From the NCBI GenBank assembly GCA_013334855.1, contig JAAXWU010000002.1, forward strand, positions 3,080-67,079: 64,000 nucleotides of DNA, in the 5' to 3' direction. This document shows positions 9,553 to 18,985 of this stretch, piece after piece; the stretch's first letter is position 1; every line of letters begins with the position of its first letter. The position numbers and the translations under genes were made by a program. Under the pieces are notes generated by a model. It saw only the letters and a program-made list of their open reading frames with translations. It made no database searches and was not told the DNA's origin. The DNA is from Chlorobaculum sp. (GTDB lineage Bacteria > Bacteroidota > Chlorobiia > Chlorobiales > Chlorobiaceae).

Positions 9553-11349
9553 ATGCTGAGAAACAATTTGGCAGCTTTCAACTCTGAAGGGAGTACATCC
9601 TTGAAAGAATTTCCCGGCCTGAAAATCCTGGCAGCAACTCTGATCCCCGTTTTCTTCTGCTCATGCGCCGTAGACCGCCCGCCAACAGGCGGCCCGCCGG
9701 ATCGTTCGCCACTCACTGTCGTCTCCTCGCTTCCCGCAGCCGCGTCGGTCAATGCTCCGACGCAATCGATCCGCATCGGCTTCAGCCATTATGTTGGCAG
9801 AAGCGAGCTTTCGAAATCGATTTTTTTCTCGCCGCTCGTCGATGACTACGAGGTTACGATGCACGGAAGGGATGCTGAAATAAGGCTTTACCAGCCGCTG
9901 CAACAGAATCGCACCTACACGCTCACCCTGCGCACGCCGCTCAAAAGCCTCGATGGAGGCCACCAGCTCGACCGTAGCTGGACGCTGCCCTTTTCAACCG
10001 GCCCGGTGATCGACCGGGGATCGATTGAAGGACGGGTCTGGACATACCGCATGGCTCCGGCGCAAAACGCCACGGTGATGGCCTATCCTCTCTCGCGGAA
10101 CAGCGACAGGCCGCAGACAAGACCGGATTATATCGCCCAGACCGGACCGTCGGGAGCGTTTCGATTCGATAATTTCGCGCCCGGAAGCTACCGCATCGTC
10201 GCCATAACCGACAGGAACGGCAACTTGCAGTTCGATCCGGGAAAGGAAACCTTCGCCGTCACCTCCAGCCCGGCAGTCGAGACCGGCATGAGCGGCGTCG
10301 AATTGCGCCTCGCGCCGGGCGACCTGTCGACCCGTTCGCTCAGTTCCTGCCGCGCCATCAACAGTCGTGAAATCGAGATCACCTTCAACGAACCGATTTC
10401 CGTGCGAAGCATCGATCTTTCCTCCATCAGGATCGAAAACACTTCGACGGGAGCCGCATTGCCGGTGCTCGGCTATTACTCGTCGTCGAGAAACAGCGAG
10501 GACAGTACGTTCCGCCTGCTGACCGCGCCAATGGAGAGCCGCACCTGGTACAAGCTCCGCTTCTCGCCCGGTGGAGGCCAACCGTCTGAGCTGACCTTTG
10601 CGGCCAACCCACGGACGGAGCGCTACCCGGAGCTGTCGGTCGCCATCGTTCCGGCCAGTGGCGCGGACAACGTCATACCTGAAACGATCCGCCCTGAATC
10701 GGGCGCGGCGATAGAGCTGCAGTGCAACCTGCCGGTCGCGGAGTCATCGCTCAAGCCAGCCGTCACGCTTTCGCTCTCCGACAAAGGGCAGGACAAACCG
10801 TTGCCATTCACCATCACCCGCATCGACAGCCGCACCTTCGACATCGCGCCATCGGGCGGATTCCTGCGCGCACGAGACTACCGGGTGCAGGTCAGGGCTG
10901 GTATGCTGAAGGAGCTTGTCGGCTCGCCGTCGAAAGAGCCGTTGGTGGAGTCCCGTTTCGGCACAGCCGGGCAGGAGACGTACGGAGAGGTCACCGGCTC
11001 CGGCACGGCAAAAGCGCCGACGGTCGTCGTCGAGGCCCGACGCAGCGGCTCGGAGGCGCGTCAGCGCGTGGTGGCGAAGACAACCGGCAGCGGTGCTTTC
11101 AGCTTCAGCTTCCGTGATCTTCCAGCGGGCGAGTACACCATCACCGCATTCATTCCATCAGCCTCCGGCCCCGTCTCGCCCATGACGGAATGGAGGAGCG
11201 GTTCGCTCTACCCGCTGGCCCCTTGCGATCCATTCGCGGCGGTGACGGTCACGATCCGCTCCGGCTGGACGACAGACAATGTCCGGCTCGACATCCCCTC
11301 TTCCCGGCAAAAAGCCAACGACGGAACCTTGCCATCAAAAAAACGTTAA
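9553..11349 (+). CDS. Ig-like (Big_5) domain lipoprotein; true start may be ~9601
   Basis: Lipobox-like FFCSC followed by PPTGGPPD; FSTGPVID; DRNGNLQFD; beta-rich repeats. Confidence 0.75.
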   Translation: MLRNNLAAFNSEGSTSLKEFPGLKILAATLIPVFFCSCAVDRPPTGGPPDRSPLTVVSSLPAAASVNAPTQSIRIGFSHYVGRSELSKSIFFSPLVDDYEVTMHGRDAEIRLYQPLQQNRTYTLTLRTPLKSLDGGHQLDRSWTLPFSTGPVIDRGSIEGRVWTYRMAPAQNATVMAYPLSRNSDRPQTRPDYIAQTGPSGAFRFDNFAPGSYRIVAITDRNGNLQFDPGKETFAVTSSPAVETGMSGVELRLAPGDLSTRSLSSCRAINSREIEITFNEPISVRSIDLSSIRIENTSTGAALPVLGYYSSSRNSEDSTFRLLTAPMESRTWYKLRFSPGGGQPSELTFAANPRTERYPELSVAIVPASGADNVIPETIRPESGAAIELQCNLPVAESSLKPAVTLSLSDKGQDKPLPFTITRIDSRTFDIAPSGGFLRARDYRVQVRAGMLKELVGSPSKEPLVESRFGTAGQETYGEVTGSGTAKAPTVVVEARRSGSEARQRVVAKTTGSGAFSFSFRDLPAGEYTITAFIPSASGPVSPMTEWRSGSLYPLAPCDPFAAVTVTIRSGWTTDNVRLDIPSSRQKANDGTLPSKKR

Positions 11350-11385
11350 CTGCAATCAACGCACAAACCAGACCTCAATTTTTCA

Positions 11386-11961
11386 ATGAGCAGCACTCCA
11401 TCAAGAATCGGCCCGAACTCCATCATACAGACCGTCGGCGCACTTGAAACCGCCTACGGGAAAAGCGAAACGGAAAAACTTCTGAAGAAAATCGGCCAGG
11501 GATACCTGATCAACAACCTGCCGTCGGAGATGGTCGAGGAGTCGAAATTCCACTCTCTGGTCATGGCCCTGCAGAAAGAGATTGGCGAAGCGAGCACGGC
11601 GAAAATTCTCAAGGAGTCGGGCGAACGCACGGCCAAATACCTGCTCAAGGTGCGCATCCCCGGCCCGTTCCAGAGCATCGTCAAGCTGCTCCCGGCGGGT
11701 CTCGCCTTCAAGGTGTTTCTCTTCGCCATCAGCAAAAACGCCTGGACCTTCGCCGGAAGCGGCGAGTTCACCTACGGCTCGAAGCCCTCTCCGAACGTTA
11801 TGGTCAAAGTCACCTTCCCGTCGCATCCGGTCGTCGGCAACTTCTACCTCGGCACCTTCACCGCCTTGCTCCGCGAGCTGGTCAACCCGAAGACCGAGAT
11901 CAAGGCCGACATCCGCAAGGAGAACGGCGCAATCCGCTGCGGCTACCTCTGCCGGATATAA
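11386..11961 (+). CDS. bchJ: Bacteriochlorophyll biosynthesis protein BchJ
   Basis: RIGPNSIIQ, RIP, AISKNAWTFAGSG, C-terminal V4R-like Cys; chlorosome-containing host. Confidence 0.9.
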   Translation: MSSTPSRIGPNSIIQTVGALETAYGKSETEKLLKKIGQGYLINNLPSEMVEESKFHSLVMALQKEIGEASTAKILKESGERTAKYLLKVRIPGPFQSIVKLLPAGLAFKVFLFAISKNAWTFAGSGEFTYGSKPSPNVMVKVTFPSHPVVGNFYLGTFTALLRELVNPKTEIKADIRKENGAIRCGYLCRI

Positions 11962-11980
11962 TTTGACGTATCATAAAGCG

Positions 11981-12004
11981 AAAAGCGGGTTGCGGCCCGC
12001 TTTT
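11981..12004. terminator. Bidirectional intrinsic terminator
   Basis: aaaagcgggt-tgcg-gcccgctttt hairpin between convergent genes. Confidence 0.75.
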
Positions 12005-12048
12005 CTGTTTCTGACAACCTTTCCATTTTTCCCGACGCCAGCAACGCC

Positions 12049-12567
12049 TTACTTCGCCGAAGGTTGCGGCATGTTCGGACACGGCTTGCCCGTTGCCGGG
12101 CATGGCTGGCCAGGAGGTGGGCAGGGCTGACCCGTCGCGGGGCATGGCTGACCGGGCGGAGGACACGGCTGACCTGTGGTCGGACAAGGCATCCCCGGCG
12201 CGCAAGGCATGGAGGTCATGCATGGCATCGGCTTGCTCTTCATCCCGGCAAGCATCCCGTCAACCTCTGCGATCTTGCTGTGGATCCGGGCGACAGCCTT
12301 CCTGTTTTTTCCACCCTGCCCACTGGTAATGAGTTGCTGCTGCATCTTCACGATATCAAGAATCGAGTCCATGGCACTGCACATCGGGTTGCTCGGCATC
12401 TGCATTGCAGCCGACGGCTTTGCGGCTGCCGGAACTGGACAATCCTGGCACATCAGTGAAATTGTAGGCAATGCCTCACTCGACGCAGGCTGAGCGGGTG
12501 TACCGCCAGCATATGCCCTGACGCTCAAGGTCAGCATGGCCATCAACGTAATAATCAACCGCTTCAT
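12049..12567 (-). CDS. Secreted Cys/Met/Pro-rich hypothetical protein with PC-PxxGQ repeats
   Basis: Signal peptide ending AYA, upstream purine-rich aggggg, CQDC, 21-bp tandem repeats. Confidence 0.75.
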   Translation of the reverse strand: MKRLIITLMAMLTLSVRAYAGGTPAQPASSEALPTISLMCQDCPVPAAAKPSAAMQMPSNPMCSAMDSILDIVKMQQQLITSGQGGKNRKAVARIHSKIAEVDGMLAGMKSKPMPCMTSMPCAPGMPCPTTGQPCPPPGQPCPATGQPCPPPGQPCPATGKPCPNMPQPSAK

Positions 12568-12718
12568 TCAACCCCCTTTTGTTCGTTTTTAATGTATCGA
12601 ACTGCCCCTCGCCATCTGCAAGGAGAGTCGTTTTACACAATTGTTAAATATACACTCATCTGCCGGTCATGCAAAAAATTCAAACAAGAGATCGAGCGCT
12701 CCAGAAGACTCCCCGCCA

Positions 12719-12772
12719 ACCGCCACCATCCGCGCCGTCAGCACGGCCATCATGGCGCTGAACGGCGGGTGA
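12719..12772 (+). repeat. Direct repeat copy 1 (encodes TATIRAVSTAIMALNGG*; imperfect palindrome)
   Basis: Matches 13250-13309 and 14478-14537; cgccgt-cagc-acg-gccat-c-atggc-gctg-a-acggcg. Confidence 0.85.
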
Positions 12773-12877
12773 TTCACTATTTTTGATGAACTGCGAATGT
12801 TGTTTACATTTGAGGAGTTTCGAGATCAAGACGAGTTTATGAGGGCGAGTAATTGAGGATACTTCATCGAAAACGAG

Positions 12878-13309
12878 TTGCGGAAACAGTGCCGCGTTGA
12901 GTGGCGCGGAGCGCACGTCGAGGCGGTGGCGCGGCTGTCGGCGGTGACGGGAGATGCGCTGGCCGTGCTGGAACTCGAAGAGCGCTACGCGGCGCTCTCC
13001 ATTTCGACGAACGGCAAGATCGGCTATTTCAAATACTGGCCGGTGAAGGAGGCGAGCGAGCGGGAGTACTTCGCCATCACGGAGCTGACCTCGGCCCCGC
13101 TCGACGGAGCGCCCGTCAAAGTAACCGGCCCGGCGGCAAACGCAAAAGTCATCGAGCGCATCAGCCGCGAAACCTCGCAGGCCATCACGCCGCTGGAACT
13201 GCACCCGTGGGTATCGGCGGAAAAAGGAGCCAACAAAGCAAAATCCCCCACCGCCACGATACGAGCCGTCAGCACAGCCATCATGGCGCTGAGAGGCGGG
13301 ACGGGGTGA
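12878..13309 (+). pseudogene. Probable 5'-truncated gene remnant (C-terminus loosely like the PilM/FtsA actin-fold ending)
   Basis: Host-like codon usage but weak TTG start; ends ...AVSTAIMALRGGTG; its 3' end is repeat copy 2. Confidence 0.5.
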
Positions 13310-13326
13310 GGGTGCAAGGGATTCCT
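13241..13326 (+). repeat. Direct repeat copy 2
   Basis: aaatcccccaccgccacgatacgagccgtcagcac...gattcct aligns with 14469-14554. Confidence 0.85.
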
Positions 13327-13336
13327 CAGGCGGCAT

Positions 13337-13370
13337 AAAAAAAAGCCGAGGCTACTTACGGCATCGGCTT
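13337..13370 (-). terminator. Intrinsic terminator downstream of the small ORF
   Basis: aagccga...tcggctt stem with a long A-run on + (U-tract on the - strand). Confidence 0.7.
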
Positions 13371-13396
13371 GGTTTTCGATCAGTGGTCAATTAGAT

Positions 13397-13462
13397 TTAC
13401 ACTCTAATGACCACGAGCAGCGCCACAAGTGTCGCCAACAGAAGAATGATTTGACTCATCAT
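13397..13462 (-). CDS. 21-aa hydrophobic peptide MMSQIILLLATLVALLVVIRV, candidate type I toxin (Ibs-like)
   Basis: ATGATG...GTGTAA read directly; single-TM composition; own terminator; opposite-strand terminator just upstream. Confidence 0.6.
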   Translation of the reverse strand: MMSQIILLLATLVALLVVIRV

Positions 13463-13530
13463 ATCTTTTGCTTTTGGTTAGTGAAGATAGAGCGGCAGAA
13501 GCAGAGTTCAGCTGTTTCTACCGCTTTTTT
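13404..13530 (+). ncRNA. Candidate cis-antisense antitoxin RNA (~125 nt)
   Basis: TTGGTT-17nt-TAGATT (13369-13397) promoter-like element and + strand terminator agcggcagaagcag...ctgtttctaccgct-ttttt (13491-13530); spans most of the peptide ORF and its leader. Confidence 0.45.
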
Positions 13531-13719
13531 AATTGACAATAGGACAATAGAGTTCAATAGTAATGGATTTGTGTTTTTAGGGACTTACACCTATTTTGAT
13601 GTTTTAACTTGAGCGTTCTATTACAAAGTAAACTGCCATATTTTTTTCGGTTAGTATTGAATCATTAATCTTCGTCGTTACTGCTTTCTATTAACCTTAC
13701 AACTTTTTTAACTATTCTG

Positions 13720-14166
13720 TTAGTCTGTTGTTTGACATTCTAATATGTGTGGTTTAAACTTCTTTTTCCATTCAATCAGATGTTCTGAATATTGTACTTC
13801 GCTAAATACAATTATTGCTGCTACGTTTGCATTTGAGCTTTCTAATGCCGTAAGCAAATCTTGTGATGGAAATAGTGCCAAATAGACCACTGACTCCGTT
13901 ATGATTTTTTTTCGTAACGTTATTAGTGATTCCAGCGTTACTGTTACACCTTGTGTAGTAATCTTTTGGCCGTTTATAAGCTTTTTAGCCAAAGATTCGT
14001 TTGAAAAGCATTTTTCTAAAAATTGGTCACAATGTTTTTTGCTGTGTACGCAGATGACTAGTTTGGTATTTAACTCTTTTGATTTTGTTAACGCAAAACT
14101 TATTGCAGCTTGGTGTTCGCCATCTTGAAGATTCTCCCATGGCTCAATAAAACAATACCGTTCCAT
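13720..14166 (-). CDS. AT-rich orphan hypothetical protein (148 aa)
   Basis: Open frame with aggag RBS upstream; composition much more AT-rich than host. Confidence 0.75.
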   Translation of the reverse strand: MERYCFIEPWENLQDGEHQAAISFALTKSKELNTKLVICVHSKKHCDQFLEKCFSNESLAKKLINGQKITTQGVTVTLESLITLRKKIITESVVYLALFPSQDLLTALESSNANVAAIIVFSEVQYSEHLIEWKKKFKPHILECQTTD

Positions 14167-14468
14167 TGTTTTTCTCCTATTTAGTTGTTTGGTTATTGCT
14201 AGTTGTCAAGGCGTACTGTTTATTAGTATAAACAAAAACGTTATTATAAAAGTTAGTGCATTGTGTTTGTTTTAATCAATCGACTGTCCCAAAGCAGAAC
14301 TACGGGCATCTGAAGTCAGCACATTTTCGATGACCGAATGACTCATAATAAAACGCCCCGCGATTATCTCCAAATAGTTTCTGTTACCTCTTTCAGATCA
14401 ATCATGTCGAAGAAGGCAAAATAATCTATTCCTAATACCCATAATCGGTTTCTAACTCCAATGAAAAA

Positions 14469-14554
14469 AAATCCCCCACTGCCACGATACGAGCCGTCAG
14501 CACCGCCATTCTGGCGCTGAACAACAGGGAGGGCTGAGGACGCAAGTGATTCCT
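14469..14554 (+). repeat. Direct repeat copy 3 (encodes TATIRAVSTAILALNNREG*)
   Basis: Aligns with copies 1 and 2; keeps cagc-nnn-gcca-ttc-tggc-gctg stem. Confidence 0.85.
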
Positions 14555-14571
14555 GTTTTCATATCATTGCC

Positions 14572-14598
14572 GTCCCTGTTGTCCTTGCTGTCCTGTCC
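14572..14598. repeat. GTCC-N5 nonamer tandem repeat
   Basis: gtcc at 14572, 14581, 14590 (and 14595), 3' of asd. Confidence 0.55.
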
Positions 14599-14610
14599 TC
14601 CCAAATAAAA

Positions 14611-14636
14611 AGGGCGACCACAAGAGCCGCCCCTAC
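14611..14636 (-). repeat. GTAG-family REP-like palindrome, probably doubling as asd terminator
   Basis: Minus strand reads GTAG-GGGCGGC-tcttgtg-GTCGCCC-ttttt. Confidence 0.6.
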
Positions 14637-14662
14637 AATGAATTAACGTCCAAAACCAATCC

Positions 14663-15679
14663 TCACAAATTCCCCACCAGCAGCTCGGCGATCTGGACGG
14701 CGTTGGTGGCTGCGCCTTTGCGGAGGTTGTCGGCGACGACCCAGAGATTCAGCGTGCGCGGATGCCAGTAGTCCGGGCGCAAGCGGCCTACGAACACCTC
14801 GTCGCGCTCGTAGGAGGTCATCGGCATCGGGTAGAGGCGGGCCGACGGATCGTCCTGCATGACGATGCCCGGCGATCCGGCGAGCAGGGCGCGTACCTCC
14901 TCGATGTCGTAATCGCTCTTCAGCTCGACGTTCAGCGATTCGCCGTGGCCGCCGTAAACCGGGATGCGCACGGTGGTCGGCGAGACCTGGATGGTGTCGT
15001 CGGCCATGATCTTTTTCGTTTCGTTGACCATCTTCATCTCCTCCTTCGTGTAACCGTTGTCGGTGAAGGCGTCGATCTGCGGCACGGCGTTGAAGGCGAT
15101 CTGGTGAAAGTGGGTGAAATCCTCCGGGATGTCGCCCGCAAGCTCGCTTTCGAGCGCGTCGCGCCCGGCCTTGCCCTTGCCGGTGACCGACTGGTAGGTC
15201 GAAACCACCACGCGGCGGATGCCGTAGGCGTCGTAGAGCGGCTTGAGCGCCACCACCATCTGGATCGTCGAGCAGTTCGGGTTGGCGATAATCGGGGCCG
15301 CCTTGCCTTCGCGGTCGAAGATCGCTTCGGGATTGACCTCCGGCACGACCAGCGGAATCCCCTCGTCCATGCGGAAGGCCGAGGAGTTGTCGATCACGAT
15401 CGCGCCAGCCGCCGCCGCCACGGGCGCCCACTCCTTGCTGGCCGTCGCGCCCGCCGAGAAGAGCGCGATGTCAACGCCTTTGAAAATCTCCGCCGACGGC
15501 ACGTCGGTCACGAACTCGCGCCCCTTGAAGGCGATCACTTCGCCCTTGCTGCGCGGCGAGGCGAGCGGCACCAGCTCGCTGACCGGGAAATTGCGCTCTT
15601 CGAGCACCTTGATCATGGTTCTGCCGACAAGGCCGGTTGCACCGAGGACGGCTACTCGATAGCCTGCTTCACTGCTCAT
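14663..15679 (-). CDS. asd: Aspartate-semialdehyde dehydrogenase (start corrected to MSSEAG)
   Basis: GATGLVG, IDNSSAFR, IIANPNCST, STYQSVTG, DNLRKGAATNAVQIAE. Confidence 0.96.
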   Translation of the reverse strand: MSSEAGYRVAVLGATGLVGRTMIKVLEERNFPVSELVPLASPRSKGEVIAFKGREFVTDVPSAEIFKGVDIALFSAGATASKEWAPVAAAAGAIVIDNSSAFRMDEGIPLVVPEVNPEAIFDREGKAAPIIANPNCSTIQMVVALKPLYDAYGIRRVVVSTYQSVTGKGKAGRDALESELAGDIPEDFTHFHQIAFNAVPQIDAFTDNGYTKEEMKMVNETKKIMADDTIQVSPTTVRIPVYGGHGESLNVELKSDYDIEEVRALLAGSPGIVMQDDPSARLYPMPMTSYERDEVFVGRLRPDYWHPRTLNLWVVADNLRKGAATNAVQIAELLVGNL

Positions 15680-15702
15680 ATAAGAATAGGATTGATAATG
15701 GT

Positions 15703-16746
15703 TTAGTAGTTTAACACCAGTCTGGGCGAATGGTCGTTCAGGCACTCCCCGCCCTCTTTCAGAAGCCCCTCGCGGTCGAGCGCCTCGCACGACGCCTCGA
15801 ACTCCCGGAGCAGCTCGACGATCACCGCCGGATCGGCTTCGCGCACCAAAAGATTGCGCACCTTCGAGACGCCCGGCAACCCTTTCAGGTAGGTCGAGTA
15901 GTGGCGACGCATTTCAAGGACGCCGTGCTTCTCACCCTTGTACTCCAACGAGAGCCGAAGATGATCGGCGGCGACCTGAATCCGCTGCCGATACGTCGGA
16001 GCCGGAAGGCGCAGGCCCTCTTTGACAAGGCTTTTCGATTGCTCGAAAATGAAGGGGTTGCCGATCGAGCCGCGCCCGATCATGACGCCATCCGCGCTGG
16101 TTTCGGCGAACATCGCCACGGCGTCGTCCGCGCTCCACACGTCGCCGTTGGCGATCAGCGGAATCGAGCAGGCCCGCTTCGCCTCGGCGATGCGGCCCCA
16201 GTCGGCGCGGCCCTTGTACATGTCGCTGCGGGTGCGCCCATGCACCGCGACCGCCCGGATGCCCGCGTCTTCGAGCCGCCGCACGGTATCGGTGATGTTG
16301 ATCGAGTCGTGATCCCAGCCGATGCGCGTCTTTGCCGTCACCGGCAGCGAGACGGCGTTGACCACCGCCGAGGCGATGGCCGAGAGCTTCTCCGGCTCCT
16401 TGAGCAGCGCCGCCCCGGCTCCGCGCCCGGCCACCTTCTTGACCGGGCAGCCGAAGTTGATGTCGAGATAGTCCGGCTCGTAGCTCTCGGCGATGGCCGC
16501 CGCCTCCACCATCGACTCGACCGTGCCGCCGAAAATCTGCACCGCCACCGGCCGTTCGTGCTCGTCCATCGCGAGCTTGCGGATCGACTTCTCCGCCCCG
16601 CGCCTGATCGCCTCGGCGCTGATGAACTCGGTATAGACAATATCGGCCCCGTGCTTCTTGCAGAGCTGCCGGAAGGCGCGGTCGGTCACATCCTCCATGG
16701 GGGCGAGGATGATCGGGCGGTCGATGTCAATCGTGCCGATTCGCAT
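15703..16746 (-). CDS. dusB: tRNA-dihydrouridine synthase
   Basis: LAPMEDVTD, DINFGCP, KTRIGW, HGRTR, ANGDV, VMIGRG. Confidence 0.9.
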   Translation of the reverse strand: MRIGTIDIDRPIILAPMEDVTDRAFRQLCKKHGADIVYTEFISAEAIRRGAEKSIRKLAMDEHERPVAVQIFGGTVESMVEAAAIAESYEPDYLDINFGCPVKKVAGRGAGAALLKEPEKLSAIASAVVNAVSLPVTAKTRIGWDHDSINITDTVRRLEDAGIRAVAVHGRTRSDMYKGRADWGRIAEAKRACSIPLIANGDVWSADDAVAMFAETSADGVMIGRGSIGNPFIFEQSKSLVKEGLRLPAPTYRQRIQVAADHLRLSLEYKGEKHGVLEMRRHYSTYLKGLPGVSKVRNLLVREADPAVIVELLREFEASCEALDREGLLKEGGECLNDHSPRLVLNY

Positions 16747-16755
16747 GAGCGCTCC

Positions 16756-17808
16756 TTACTTGACCGGCGGGGCGATCAGCGTTTCGCGCACCTGCTGGCG
16801 GATCGTGCTGCGCAAGGTCTCGTCCTCCTTCAGGAGCTTCTTGACGTTCTCGCGCCCCTGCCCGAGCTTTTCGGTGCCATAGCTGAACCACGCGCCCGCC
16901 TTCTTGATGATGCCGAACTCGACGGCCAGGTCGATCAGCTCACCCAGCACCGAGATGCCTTCGCCGTAGAGAATGTCGAACTCGGCGGATTTGAAGGGCG
17001 GAGCGACCTTGTTCTTGACCACCTTCACCTTGGTGCGGTTGCCGACCACCTCTTCGCCATCCTTGATCTGCGCGATCTTGCGGATGTCGAGCCGCACGGA
17101 GGAGTAGAACTTCAGCGCCTTGCCGCCGGTGGTGGTCTCCGGGCTGCCGTACATCACGCCGATCTTGTCGCGAAGCTGGTTGATGAACAGGCAGACGCTG
17201 CTCGACTTGGAGATCGCGCCGGTGAGCTTGCGAAGCGCCTGGCTCATCAGACGCGCCTGGAGGCCGACGACGCTGTCGCCCATCTCGCCTTCAAGCTCGG
17301 CCTGCGGCACGAGCGCCGCCACCGAGTCGATGACGACGATATCCACCGCGCCGCTGCGCACGAGCGTCTCGACGATGGAGAGCGCCTGCTCGCCCGATTC
17401 GGGCTGGCTGACGAGGAGCGCGTTGATATCGACGCCGAGTTTGCGGGCGTAGGTTGGGTCGAAGGCGTGCTCCGCATCGACGATGGCCGCGATGCCACCC
17501 GCCTTCTGCGCCTCGGCGATGACATGAAGCGCGAGGGTGGTCTTGCCGGAGGATTCGGGGCCGTAGATCTCGGTCACGCGGCCACGCGGCAGGCCGCCGA
17601 CGCCGAGGGCGTAGTCGAGCGCCATCGAGCCGGTGGAGATTGCCTGCACCTGCAAGACGGGCGAATCGTCGCCGAGGCGCATGATCGAGCCTTTGCCGAA
17701 CTGCTTTTCGAGCGTTTCTATAGCCAGATTGAGCTGCTTGAGCTTGGCTGGATCAGGAGCCGGTTGCGGCTGCTGTTGCGATTTCGGTTGCGGTTTCTCT
17801 TTTTCCAT
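16756..17808 (-). CDS. recA: Recombinase A
   Basis: [38 protein letters not shown]. Confidence 0.99.
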   Translation of the reverse strand: MEKEKPQPKSQQQPQPAPDPAKLKQLNLAIETLEKQFGKGSIMRLGDDSPVLQVQAISTGSMALDYALGVGGLPRGRVTEIYGPESSGKTTLALHVIAEAQKAGGIAAIVDAEHAFDPTYARKLGVDINALLVSQPESGEQALSIVETLVRSGAVDIVVIDSVAALVPQAELEGEMGDSVVGLQARLMSQALRKLTGAISKSSSVCLFINQLRDKIGVMYGSPETTTGGKALKFYSSVRLDIRKIAQIKDGEEVVGNRTKVKVVKNKVAPPFKSAEFDILYGEGISVLGELIDLAVEFGIIKKAGAWFSYGTEKLGQGRENVKKLLKEDETLRSTIRQQVRETLIAPPVK

Positions 17809-17848
17809 AGGGGTATGCTCTGAATTTGTAAAGGAATTGTGCCTTGGG

Positions 17849-18850
17849 TTACTGCAAAATGGCGCTTCGAAGCGTTTCGTCGAATGGCCGGTACGTCATG
17901 CCAAGTTCGTGCACCGAACGCTGGTTGCTGTAGCGGGACGAATGTGCGGCTTGCCGGATGCTTTCGATGCTGATGAACGACGGCCGCTTCGTCACGAGCG
18001 ACCAGAGTTCGCCGCCCACTCCCGCCAGCTTTCCGGCGACTCCGCCGACACCGAACACTTTGCCGGAGCGGCTGCCGGGCATCGTGGCGATCCTGTCGAA
18101 CAGTTCACGGAACGAGAGATTCTCGCCGACGATGATGTAGCGCTCGCCCGCTTTCCCCTTCTGCCAGGCGGCGATATGGGCGTCGGCGACATCGCGCAGA
18201 TCGACGAATCCCGTCGATCCTTCAGGACAGAGCGGCAGACGGCCTTCGTAGATCATTTGCAGCACCTCGTTCGAGCTGCTGCCCGGCATCCCCGGTTCGG
18301 GACTCCTGCCGATCACCAGGCCCGGATTGACCATCACCACATCGAGTCCCTCGGCAACGCCGCGACGGCATTCGAGTTCCGACAGGTGCTTGGACTCCAT
18401 GTAGACGTTGTGGCGCTGCCACTCGGTGAAGGCGGTTTGCTCGCTGGACTCCTCGACGACGCTGCCGGTGCCGGACGAGCCGACGGCGGCAATCGAGCTG
18501 GTGGCAATGAGACGCTTGACGCCCGCCTCGATACAGGCATCGACGATGTGGCGAGTGCCGAGCACGTTGGTGTCGTAGAGCCGGAGACGATAATTTTGCG
18601 TGTAGGCGATCATGCCCGCGCAGTGGAAGACCACCTCAGCGCCTTTGACCGCCTCGTTGAGGGCCACAGGATCGTGCATGTCCGCCCTGACGATCTCGAC
18701 CGGCAAATTGCGGAGATACGAGGCGTCCGACCCCTCGCGAACGGTGACCCGGCAGCGAACGCCGTCGCCAAACCGTTCGATCAGATCGACCAGAAGCCGT
18801 GCCCCTATATAACCCGTTGCGCCGGTGATGAGAATCGGTGTGCCTGACAT
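17849..18850 (-). CDS. NAD-dependent epimerase/dehydratase (dihydroflavonol reductase-like SDR)
   Basis: [25 protein letters not shown]. Confidence 0.85.
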   Translation of the reverse strand: MSGTPILITGATGYIGARLLVDLIERFGDGVRCRVTVREGSDASYLRNLPVEIVRADMHDPVALNEAVKGAEVVFHCAGMIAYTQNYRLRLYDTNVLGTRHIVDACIEAGVKRLIATSSIAAVGSSGTGSVVEESSEQTAFTEWQRHNVYMESKHLSELECRRGVAEGLDVVMVNPGLVIGRSPEPGMPGSSSNEVLQMIYEGRLPLCPEGSTGFVDLRDVADAHIAAWQKGKAGERYIIVGENLSFRELFDRIATMPGSRSGKVFGVGGVAGKLAGVGGELWSLVTKRPSFISIESIRQAAHSSRYSNQRSVHELGMTYRPFDETLRSAILQ

Positions 18851-18985
18851 GAAAAAATGGAGCCTCTGAAAAACCTGTTCAGCGTTGCGTGAGCTTTGAC
18901 GCTCCTGATGGCTATCGGGAGCGTGTAATCCGTACCAAGCGGCGCAGAGCCGATTTGTACTTGATTATAAGAAGAATAACTTACA

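Noticed and set aside
12719-14554. The three repeats as a CRISPR array, integron attC sites or DGR TR/VR
   Set aside because: Spacing is 0.5-1.2 kb, no cas/intI/RT gene is present, there are no proper RYYYAAC/GTTRRRY ends, and mismatches are synonymous rather than adenine-specific
15730-17823. 697-aa plus-strand ORF and similar long ORFs (3688-5007, 8349-9521, 20451-21737, 61334-63301)
   Set aside because: Antisense shadows of real high-GC genes (recA/dusB, DUF2723, glgA, tig, coaBC); no motifs of their own
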